The position numbers were made by a program, and so were the translations under genes. From a virus (Duplodnaviria; Caudoviricetes): a DNA stretch of 64,000 nucleotides. Location: IMG/VR virus record IMGVR_UViG_2786546892_000007; one strand, written 5' to 3'. Below the pieces are notes generated by a model that worked only from the letters and a program-made list of their open reading frames with translations, did not search any database and had not been told where the DNA came from. Below are positions 33,128 to 40,806 of the stretch, one piece after another; within the stretch, counting starts at the first letter, position 1, and each line of letters starts with the position of its first letter.

Positions 33128-33324
33128 CCGACCCGCTCATCGAGATGATGCGGGACGCCACCTGGAGGCCAGAAGCCGCCCTGGAGCATGAGGCCGACGA
33201 GTTGTGCGAACAGGCGTATTTCGCGCTGCCGTGGATCGGGCGACTCACCGAGGAGCAGCAGGACCAAATCCTGCTCTTTGCCTTCTGCTACGCCGAACAG
33301 CGGTTGAAAAGGATTTTGACATGA
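33124..33324 (+). CDS. Hypothetical protein
   Basis: GAGGTG RBS, ATGA overlaps. Confidence 0.5.
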   Translation: MTDPLIEMMRDATWRPEAALEHEADELCEQAYFALPWIGRLTEEQQDQILLFAFCYAEQRLKRILT

Positions 33325-33770
33325 AAACGAGCCCCGCCGGAATCGCCTTCATTCAGAGCTTTGAAAAGCTTTGCCTCCAGCGCTACCAAGACTCCGTCGG
33401 TCTGTGGACGATCGGGTACGGGCACCGGATTCAACCGGGCGAGGCGTACCAACTGATTTCTCCCGAGCAGGCCGGGGCCATCTTCCTCCAAGACCTGTCG
33501 GTAGCTGAACGGGCCATCAACCAGGCCGTCGAAGTCCTCCTCTCCCAGAACGAATATGACGCCTGCGCGAGCCTTGCTTTTAACGTCGGTGCCGGGAACT
33601 TCGCTCGCAGCACCTTGGTGAAACTCCTGAACAGCGGGAACACGGCCCTCGCCGCCCAACAGTTCCTCCGCTGGGACTTCGCCGGGGGGAAGGAATCGCC
33701 CGGGCTCTGGGGCCGCCGCGTCGCCGAGAAGGTCATGTTTGAAGACGGGGTTTACACCAACCATACCTGA
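33321..33770 (+). CDS. Endolysin, GH24 lysozyme
   Basis: E-x8-D-x5-T triad (FEKLCLQRYQDSVGLWTIGYGH), FNVG, STL, GL..RR.AE. Confidence 0.95.
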   Translation: MKTSPAGIAFIQSFEKLCLQRYQDSVGLWTIGYGHRIQPGEAYQLISPEQAGAIFLQDLSVAERAINQAVEVLLSQNEYDACASLAFNVGAGNFARSTLVKLLNSGNTALAAQQFLRWDFAGGKESPGLWGRRVAEKVMFEDGVYTNHT

Positions 33771-33841
33771 CACGAAACGCTTGCGCGAATCGTCGGACGG
33801 GAGCATACTGCGCGAGACAACCAACCAACCAAGGGGTACTT

Positions 33842-34216
33842 ATGAGCATACTCTCCAGTCTGGAAGCCTTTTTCAGCAGCACCGAAACCAAGATCGAGGA
33901 CGTGCTGACACCCTTCGAGCATAGCCTCCTGAAGAAATTTCACCCCCTCTTTCAACAGATCGAAGCCACGCTGGGCACCCAGGGCCTCCAGATCGTCGAT
34001 GACGCCGCGACCGGCCTCCTGACGACCGCTGCGACCGGCGGGAACATCGCTGCGGGGATCACCGCCGCCGCCACGCAAGCCCTCGGCCAGATCGAAAGCG
34101 ACGCCAAAGCCGACGCGAAGAATGCTGTGTATGGCGTATTGGCCGCGACTGTGGCGTCTTTGCCCGCACCGGCAGAACCCGCCGCGCCTACCCCGGCACC
34201 GACTCCCGCCGTTTAA
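33842..34216 (+). CDS. Hypothetical protein
   Basis: ORF followed by GC hairpin. Confidence 0.6.
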   Translation: MSILSSLEAFFSSTETKIEDVLTPFEHSLLKKFHPLFQQIEATLGTQGLQIVDDAATGLLTTAATGGNIAAGITAAATQALGQIESDAKADAKNAVYGVLAATVASLPAPAEPAAPTPAPTPAV

Positions 34217-34272
34217 TCTCCGGCCGCGGTGCTTTAGCGACCGCCGCGGCCGCCAATTTCACGCGAGGACGA

Positions 34273-34452
34273 ATGGCCGAAGTTCTTCCGCACCCAGACA
34301 TGGACCGCGATTTCTCGCAGTTTCCGTTTTCGTTCGCAGACGGATACGTGGACATCCGAACCCGGAACGGCGAGCCCCTCACCCCGGCGATGGGCGTTTA
34401 CCTCCTCGAACTTGCCAAGCAAATCCTTTTGAACGAAGCGCTGGAGGGATAA
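34273..34452 (+). CDS. Hypothetical 59-aa protein
   Basis: GAGG RBS, MAEVLPHP..., abuts next ATG. Confidence 0.5.
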   Translation: MAEVLPHPDMDRDFSQFPFSFADGYVDIRTRNGEPLTPAMGVYLLELAKQILLNEALEG

Positions 34453-34614
34453 ATGCTCGAACTGCTTGAGATCGCCTGCAAGCTGATCGGACTCGCCGAG
34501 TGGTTCAAAAGCTGGAAAGGAGCGCGGGATACGCGCAAGCAGCAACAGGCCGTCGCAGACGCCCCAACCACCAGGGAGGAACTCGATGCCCGTCTCAAAG
34601 ACCATCAGTTTTAG
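34453..34614 (+). CDS. Possible i-spanin-like peptide
   Basis: Amphipathic N-terminus; overlaps lipoprotein gene out of frame. Confidence 0.4.
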   Translation: MLELLEIACKLIGLAEWFKSWKGARDTRKQQQAVADAPTTREELDARLKDHQF

Positions 34615-34792
34615 CCTACTCCTGCTGCTGTCCGCTTGCGCCCAGCCCAGTTGCCCCCGAATCGCCGTCAAACAATGGTCGCCCCGCGAGCAGGATCAAA
34701 TCCGCGCCGCCCTCGATCTGCTCCCCGCAAACTCCATCCTGATCCCCGCGATCGAGGACTACGAGCGTCTCCGGCTCGAAGCCGCGCAGTAG
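34586..34792 (+). CDS. Lipoprotein, possible o-spanin
   Basis: Lipobox LLSAC; in lysis module. Confidence 0.55.
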   Translation: MPVSKTISFSLLLLLSACAQPSCPRIAVKQWSPREQDQIRAALDLLPANSILIPAIEDYERLRLEAAQ

Positions 34793-35702
34793 CGGCATGA
34801 GCTACCGCCGGCGGATAGACATCAACGGGCGTCGAATTCAGCGCGAATTGCTCAGCGGGAAGGACACAGTGCCGGGCGAGGAAACGGCCCGTCAGCTTGT
34901 CTTTCTCACCGTGACGGGAATTGCGATGGGAGCCTTGGGCCTCGCGGCAGTCGCGACTGTCATGGGCTTGGGGCAGTAGCAACCAGCCGCTGCCAATCGC
35001 ACCGAAGCTCACCTTAAGCGCCCGTGAAAGCCAATTCGGAGCGCACCCCCAACACCTCCGGCTCCGCTCAGACTCAAGGATGACCCGCTAAAACGCCTTC
35101 TGCAGCGCCGCCGTCTCTGCCCCACCATCGGCGTGGGGACAGGACCGCATTTTAGCGCTATCGCGCTTGCGGCCCTGTAACCCCCACACCGACGGCGAGG
35201 CGACGACGACGGGAAGACCGACAGGGCGGAAAATGACGATGTAAAAAGATAAGACCGATGAACAGATGCCCCAGCCGCGCGAAAGCCGGCTGCGACTTTG
35301 TTGTTTCAAGTTATCACTCACCGCTCAAGTGCTGCGAATTGTCTACAGCGGTCGCGAGCTTGTCGTCGTCGAATCCGTCCCGATCGATGGGTCGATCAAG
35401 CAATGCACAGAGGAGGCAGCGAAGAAATGACACGGCGATTATCTCTTCAGAAATTTTAATGGCCAAGGCTGTCTGTTTGGCTGTAGCGACTGTAAATCGA
35501 TGCCACAGAATGTGGCGGCAAGGGCAATTGCCAAGACGGCTCTTTCGGGAGGTATCGCACTGCTCCGGAGCTTTTTCAAAATGTACTTTAAACTTAATTG
35601 GTTTCCAATATCAACTGAATGTATGTTATTTTGGGGGATTACGTATTTGACAAACCCAATCACATGATGTAGTATCGGCCTCATAAACTTAATGAGGTTG
35701 TT

Positions 35703-36614
35703 ATGTCAGTTCTTTCCGCCCCGCATTTTCACAACGAAGAAGCTGCAATCCTGCATCTTGAAAGCATCCTGTGGCCGAACGGAGCAAACTGCCCGCACTG
35801 TGGCAGCGTGGAACGGCTTAACAAGCTAAAGGGTAAGTCAGTACGTCCAGGGCTGTGGAAGTGCTATGCCTGCCGCAAACAATTCACTGTGAAGGTAGGA
35901 ACCGTGTTCGAGTCCAGCCATGTTCCAGTACATAAATGGCTGCAAGCTGCATTTCTTATGGCATCCAGCAAAAAGGGAATCAGCGCCCACCAGATTCACC
36001 GGACATTGGAAGTGCAATACAACACGGCATGGTTCATGGCACACAGGCTCCGTGAAGCAATGCGTGTGCTGAATATCGAGCCTATGGGCGGCGAAGGTTC
36101 CATTGTAGAAGCTGACGAAACCTTTGTGGGCGGTTTGGAAAAGAATAAACACGCAAGGGACAGGAAACACCAAGGTCGTGGTGCCGTTGGTAAAGAAGCC
36201 GTGTTTAGCCTCGTAGAACGCGGCGGCAGAGTCAGATCAACGCACGTTCCGTCAGTGAGCGCAGAAACACTCGGCAAGGTTATGCGTGAGCAATTATATA
36301 CTGACACGCATTTGATGACGGACGATGCAAGGCAATATATTCCACTCGGCAAGCACTTCATGATGCACGAAAGCGTCAATCATAGCATCGGTGAATACGT
36401 GCGTGGTGGAACGCATACCAACACTATTGAAGGCTATTTCTCAATTTTCAAGCGTGGGATGAAAGGCGTCTACCAGCATTGCAACGCAAAGCATCTGAAG
36501 CGGTATTTATGTGAATTTGATTTCCGTTATAACGAACGCGACACTACGGATGCGGAGCGCATGATAACTGCATTACAAGGAATCAAAGGGAAAAGACTTA
36601 CCTATCGGGCTTAA
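35703..36614 (+). CDS. IS1595 family transposase
   Basis: CPHCG...CYACRKQF zinc ribbon, VEADETFVGG, MTDD, HTNTIEGYFS, YLCEFDFRYN. Confidence 0.95.
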   Translation: MSVLSAPHFHNEEAAILHLESILWPNGANCPHCGSVERLNKLKGKSVRPGLWKCYACRKQFTVKVGTVFESSHVPVHKWLQAAFLMASSKKGISAHQIHRTLEVQYNTAWFMAHRLREAMRVLNIEPMGGEGSIVEADETFVGGLEKNKHARDRKHQGRGAVGKEAVFSLVERGGRVRSTHVPSVSAETLGKVMREQLYTDTHLMTDDARQYIPLGKHFMMHESVNHSIGEYVRGGTHTNTIEGYFSIFKRGMKGVYQHCNAKHLKRYLCEFDFRYNERDTTDAERMITALQGIKGKRLTYRA

Positions 36615-36728
36615 ACTGGGCGCAATCAAAAGGTTAAATAGAATTAATCCGTTGCTTAGTTGCAATCAATCCCTTTGCGTCAAGGGTTTCTTTATCATTT
36701 GGCTTTAAAATGATAGATATAACAAATG

Positions 36729-36755
36729 GAATGACGTTCATGCCCTGCGAAGGCC
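36729..36755. repeat. Fused copy of two segments found at 37290-37299 and 37326-37342
   Basis: GAATGACGTT + CATGCCCTGCGAAGGCC exact matches. Confidence 0.85.
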
Positions 36756-36769
36756 GACATTCCCAAGGG

Positions 36770-36845
36770 TGGTGGACCCGACCCGACTCGAACGGGCACA
36801 CGGGACTTAGTAGGAACCTGCTCTATCCAGTTGAGCTACGGGTCC
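36770..36845 (-). tRNA. tRNA-like gene, Arg-type body, anticodon ACT, mismatched anticodon stem, encoded CCA
   Basis: GGACCCG TA GCTC AACTGGATA GAGC A GGTTC CTACTAA GTCCC GTGT GCCCG TTCGAGT CGGGT CGGGTCC ACCA. Confidence 0.8.
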
Positions 36846-36857
36846 ACCGCCGACCTA

Positions 36858-37277
36858 CTAATTCAAAGATGAACTAGCAGGTATTTGTGTGGCGCTTTGT
36901 TTTGGCGCATATTCCACCAGATAGTATCTATCATTTGCCAAAGTGGCAACGCCGGCACCCTTCAATCGGCTGAGTAAAGAAGATACGGAAGCGCGATTGT
37001 ATTTGCCCCCCGACTGCGTAACTGCCTCATCAGCAATTAAGCCGTTTTCCTTGGCGTTTTGCAGATAAGTCAACACATCATACTTAATAGGGATGCGTTG
37101 CTTGCGAGCCGTGGGGTTTTCATTGGCAGCAATAATATCTGCACCTTTAGCTTCGTATTTGCGAATAGAAAACTCTAGGCCAGCCAGCTCGCCTTGCAGC
37201 TTGCTGATTTGCTCCTTTAGTTCGACCTGCCTGTCTCTAAGCGATTGCAAATACACTTTTCCTGACATGCTACTCAT
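36858..37277 (-). CDS. Coiled-coil plus winged-helix-like protein
   Basis: GGAG RBS; heptad N-terminus; NRASVSSLLSRLK..G......RYYL; ends TAG TAG. Confidence 0.75.
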   Translation of the reverse strand: MSSMSGKVYLQSLRDRQVELKEQISKLQGELAGLEFSIRKYEAKGADIIAANENPTARKQRIPIKYDVLTYLQNAKENGLIADEAVTQSGGKYNRASVSSLLSRLKGAGVATLANDRYYLVEYAPKQSATQIPASSSLN

Positions 37278-37301
37278 GTTATAACTCCAGAATGACGTTT
37301 C

Positions 37302-37385
37302 TGCTCCTGACGGGAATCGAACCCGCATGCCCTGCGAAGGCCACTGTTTTAAAGACAGATGCGTCTACCATTCCGCCACAGGAGC
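37302..37385 (-). tRNA. Leu-type class II tRNA with TTA (ochre-reading) anticodon
   Basis: GCTCCTG TG GCG GAATGGTAGA CGC A TCTGT CTTTAAA ACAGT [long variable arm] GCGGG TTCGATT CCCGT CAGGAGC A; no encoded CCA. Confidence 0.82.
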
Positions 37386-37391
37386 AGGCGC

Positions 37392-37419
37392 ATTATAACA
37401 TATATATTCTGACAAGCAA
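37392..37419 (-). promoter_or_regulatory. Sigma70 promoter of tRNA-wHTH-tRNA unit
   Basis: TTGCTT-N16-TATAAT with TG extension, 6 nt before the tRNA 5' end. Confidence 0.65.
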
Positions 37420-37431
37420 TAGGGCATCAAT

Positions 37432-37593
37432 ATGAAAAAGCGTAAGAATGACTCCGTTACGCAACGAACAAAGTTCATAGAAACAGCCCGCGCTCTAGGC
37501 TGTGAAGACAATGGAGACCGCTTTGACGCTGTTGTGAAAAAGCTGGCCGAACAGCCGCCACAGCCGCGCAAGCCCAAGAAGGGCAAGAAATGA
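37432..37593 (+). CDS. 53-aa basic protein of a type often seen beside IS1595 transposases
   Basis: Q..KFIETARALGCED...FD..VKKLA. Confidence 0.65.
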   Translation: MKKRKNDSVTQRTKFIETARALGCEDNGDRFDAVVKKLAEQPPQPRKPKKGKK

Positions 37594-37895
37594 TGCGCTG
37601 GTGCTTGATATTATTGCCGCTGCTCCTAACAGGATGCCTCGAAGATAAAGTGGCGATTCTATCTGAATGCCGATTGAAATACGACCAAGATGGAGCGGGT
37701 CAGCAAGGCGTGATGCTTTGCATGAGTGCTAAGGGTTATGAATTTGAATCAGCATGGCTGTCGCCCCACGATTACACCGCCCCTAATAAAAAATGCTGGA
37801 CTGGAAATGGGTCGTCACCGCTTCCGGTAAATCCTTCTTATGTGTTTTCTGATTGTTATAGCAAAAGATCGCTATGGAGCGTATTTAGCCATTAA
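37590..37895 (+). CDS. Cys-rich lipoprotein
   Basis: Lipobox LLTGC; CMSAKGY motif. Confidence 0.7.
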   Translation: MMRWCLILLPLLLTGCLEDKVAILSECRLKYDQDGAGQQGVMLCMSAKGYEFESAWLSPHDYTAPNKKCWTGNGSSPLPVNPSYVFSDCYSKRSLWSVFSH

Positions 37896-37979
37896 CTAGA
37901 TATTGTGGTGGGTTTGCAATCTACGCAATCCCCATATTTTGATATAAACAATAAACCTGGGCAATGGTTCTCTTACGGC

Positions 37980-38024
37980 CCGGCACAGAATCCGGCACAG
38001 AATAGGTAGCAATCGGCACGGAAT
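37980..38024 (+). repeat. Putative integrase arm-type sites
   Basis: CCGGCACAGAAT x2 tandem plus TCGGCACGGAAT, ~100 bp from att core. Confidence 0.65.
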
Positions 38025-38128
38025 GGCGCTAAAATATGGAAAGTCGCGGCAACTTTCGGCTGCCTCATATGCGGCGGAAAATCAGTGAGAATCGGTGGTT
38101 ATGGCGGAGTGGTCAGTTTCGGACCTCA

Positions 38129-38173
38129 CGACTGAAAATCGCTAGGTCCCCGGTTCAAGCCCGGGACTGCCCA
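38129..38173 (+). other. att core: 3' fragment of tRNA-Phe(GAA)
   Basis: CGACTGAAAATCGCTAGGTCCCCGGTTCAAGCCCGGGACTGCCCA has anticodon loop, T arm and 3' acceptor strand but no D arm or 5' acceptor strand. Confidence 0.85.
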
Positions 38174-38323
38174 CTGGAAATTCAAGCGTTTTGTGTCGAT
38201 TCGAGATACTCTGAACTCTGCCTAAGTCTGGCAGTGCCAGAGTAAAACCCTCGGGGAGCCTGCCAGCTACCCCGAGGGCCGAGCGGCCTTCCGGCACACC
38301 CGTGCTCCCGGAGGGTCGCGACG

Positions 38324-39556
38324 ATGTCGAAGAAGAACGGGCCGGAACCTTTTTTTCGGCCGAAAAAAAATCGCTGGTACGTCGAGGTCGGCGGTAAGCA
38401 CGTGAACCTCGGCCCGGACGAGGCGCAGGCTCGCGTCCGCTGGCACCAGATCATGGCGGGCACGCCCGCTTCCTCCCTCATCCCCGGCCAACTACCCGAC
38501 GGCGTCCTGGTCTGTCGCGTCATCGACCTGTTCGTCGGCTGGTCGCACAAGCACCGTCCCGGCCGCACGGCCGAGTGGTACCAGAAGCACCTCCAATCGT
38601 TCCTGGATTCGCTGCCCGATGCCGCCACTTTGACCGTCGACCAACTCCGGCGGTTGCACGTCACCAACTGGATCGATGCCCACGGCAACTGGGGAGCAAA
38701 CCACCGCCGCGGTGCCATCACCGCCGTCCAGCGGGCGTTCACGTGGGCGGAGCGCGAGGGGCACATCGCCAAGAGTCCCGTCCGGGGGATCGAAAAACCG
38801 CCCGCCAAACGCCGCGAGCAGGTCCTGACGATCGAGGAATTTCAGTCCCTCTTAGCCCGCATCAAAGACCCGTGCTTCCGCGACGTCCTCGAATTTTGCT
38901 GGGAGACCGGATGCCGGGTGCAGGAGATCCGTCTCATCGAAGGTCGGCATCTCCGGTTCGACCGCGGCCGCGTCGAATTTCCCCCGGAGGAAGCCAAGGG
39001 CAAAAAACGCTGGCGGTTTATTTACCTGACCCCGCGGGCCGAGGAAATCGTCCGCGCCCTGGTCGCCCGTCACAAAGTCGGGGTCATTTTCCGCAATACC
39101 GACGGCAAACCGTGGGACGCCCAGAACTTCAACAACCGCTTCTGCCGGCTCCAGCACCGGTTCGGCCGCGAGGAACTGAAGCGGAGGGGGTTCGTGCTCG
39201 ATCCCGCACGGGTGGCGGAATTCGCTGAGACGCTACACCCGAAGAAAAAGGTGGCGGGAAAAACATTTCCGAAGGCGCCCAACGAGTTGCTCCGCGAAGC
39301 CCGCAAGAAACTTACCATCAAGGCGGCGAAGAAACTCGGGACAAAATACGCCCTGACGACCATCCGCCACAGCTTCGCCACCCGGTTACTCGAAGCCGGG
39401 GTCGACCACATCACCGTCGCCGCCCTCATGGGGCACGTCGACGCCACCATGTTGAGCCGCGTTTACAGCCACGTGGGGGAGAAGACCGACTTCCTGCGCG
39501 TCGAACTGCTCAGGGCTTCAGGCGCATGTGCCGCAGGACAGGTTGGGGCGGCTTGA
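38324..39556 (+). CDS. int: Tyrosine recombinase/integrase
   Basis: ETGCRVQE, K, RHSFAT, LMGH, VYSH catalytic motifs; next to att. Confidence 0.95.
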   Translation: MSKKNGPEPFFRPKKNRWYVEVGGKHVNLGPDEAQARVRWHQIMAGTPASSLIPGQLPDGVLVCRVIDLFVGWSHKHRPGRTAEWYQKHLQSFLDSLPDAATLTVDQLRRLHVTNWIDAHGNWGANHRRGAITAVQRAFTWAEREGHIAKSPVRGIEKPPAKRREQVLTIEEFQSLLARIKDPCFRDVLEFCWETGCRVQEIRLIEGRHLRFDRGRVEFPPEEAKGKKRWRFIYLTPRAEEIVRALVARHKVGVIFRNTDGKPWDAQNFNNRFCRLQHRFGREELKRRGFVLDPARVAEFAETLHPKKKVAGKTFPKAPNELLREARKKLTIKAAKKLGTKYALTTIRHSFATRLLEAGVDHITVAALMGHVDATMLSRVYSHVGEKTDFLRVELLRASGACAAGQVGAA

Positions 39557-39767
39557 CCGGTTTCGGGGCCGGAGCGACCGTGGGCTCCGGCTTCCCGACC
39601 TTGAACCCCGCCATCACGCCGTCCAAATCCTCGACCTCGATCAAAATTTTCCCGCGCTTCCCCTTCGCACCGACCCGGAAGTGCGGAAGCGTCCCATCGG
39701 CTATCCACTGGTACACGAGGCTCTCGCTGATACAAGCCCGGGCCGCGGCTTCCTTCACGGTTAACAC
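39510..39767 (-). CDS. xis: Excisionase (HTH_17/MerR-like)
   Basis: MLTVKEAAARACISESLVYQWIADGTLPHFRVG; convergent with int. Confidence 0.88.
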   Translation of the reverse strand: MLTVKEAAARACISESLVYQWIADGTLPHFRVGAKGKRGKILIEVEDLDGVMAGFKVGKPEPTVAPAPKPVKPPQPVLRHMRLKP

Positions 39768-39922
39768 GGTACACCGTCCTTTCTCTTCCGCCTTCGCGGT
39801 CGATCTGGGTGCTTGGAAATTCGGGATTTAGAAAATGGGGACGCTCAGACCGGGTTTGAACCTGGTCATCGGCGTGCGGAGGTTTAAAGACGTTAGGGGT
39901 TAGCCAGACCGGTGACGGCCAG

Positions 39923-40312
39923 TTATCGAGTAGAGTTAGTCGCGTTCAGCTTTCGGCAGGCCGCGACGGACGCGACAAGGACGGCATGCGCCAAGTCGTT
40001 GGACACGATGAAGTATTTTGCTTTCAAGTGAGAAAGAACCGAGCCAAAGTGATCAGTGAGTCGAACGTGCAGTCCGTCGCGGTCTTCGGTCATCTGCCAA
40101 TCGAGGCTATTTTTCTGGCACCAAGAGCGTGCCATCGTGAAAACGGCGTTTAAGTCGGTTGGAACAAAGGTTGAAAAATTGGTCTTCTCTGGATCGCTAA
40201 AGCCGTAGACCCTGCCTGGTTCATCAGGCGATACTGGCGAGTCCCAAGCGATATCGCTCCACCCCAAGCACGTTTGACAAAACTCAAGGGCAATCGCCGC
40301 AAGGACTGTCAC
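39923..40312 (-). CDS. Hypothetical phage protein
   Basis: CLGW...FVPTDLNA...A pattern; leftward operon. Confidence 0.55.
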   Translation of the reverse strand: MTVLAAIALEFCQTCLGWSDIAWDSPVSPDEPGRVYGFSDPEKTNFSTFVPTDLNAVFTMARSWCQKNSLDWQMTEDRDGLHVRLTDHFGSVLSHLKAKYFIVSNDLAHAVLVASVAACRKLNATNSTR

Positions 40313-40806
40313 GCCCTTCCCCGCCGGCCTTCCTCAACGACTGCCGCCTCACATCGTTCGCCTCGCCTTTGCATGAAGTCGGAGAAGAGCATCACCGAAC
40401 CGCACATTGCCGCGATAAGGGCAGCCATTGCAAGAAGGCTGTCGCGGTTGCTGGGAGTGGAGGTCATGGCTTTGGAGCTTCTATATGGGTTGTCGCTTTT
40501 TCAAGATATGCAATTACCGTTCCCCAAGCAGCTACCCACTTTTTTCCCATTTCTTCGAGCGGCGATCCGTGGTTATATGCTTCTTGTTTCTTGCGTTTTG
40601 CATATTTTATCAACTGCTGTAGACGCTCTTGGTCAACGATTTCCCTCTCCGTTGCTGTCGCCTTTGCCTTATAGCCGGCTGCGTAGCCCTTCGCGTAAGC
40701 ATCCCCAACAGGATCATTGTCGGTGACGTCGGTGATCTCATCCAATTGTTCCTTGGCCGATACTTCCCAAACCTCGCCAGCTTCTGGTTGATACTCGGAG
40801 TTTACC

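Larger units (their letters stand above)
35634..37933 (+). mobile_element. IS1595-family transporter IS with passenger genes
   Basis: Imperfect IRs GGGGATTACGTATTTGACAAACCCA / GGGGATTGCGTAGATTGCAAACCCA; 8-bp flanks TTATTTTG / ATATTTTG; AT-richer than surroundings. Confidence 0.85.

Noticed and set aside
34980-35630. ORFs between lysis module and IS1595
   Set aside because: Overlapping weak ORFs with no recognisable motif or RBS
38100-38173. Complete tRNA-Phe gene
   Set aside because: No D arm or 5' acceptor strand; only 3 bp of the anticodon stem pair
39848-39867. T-loop-like hairpin upstream of xis (minus strand)
   Set aside because: Stem mismatched and no acceptor-like partner found
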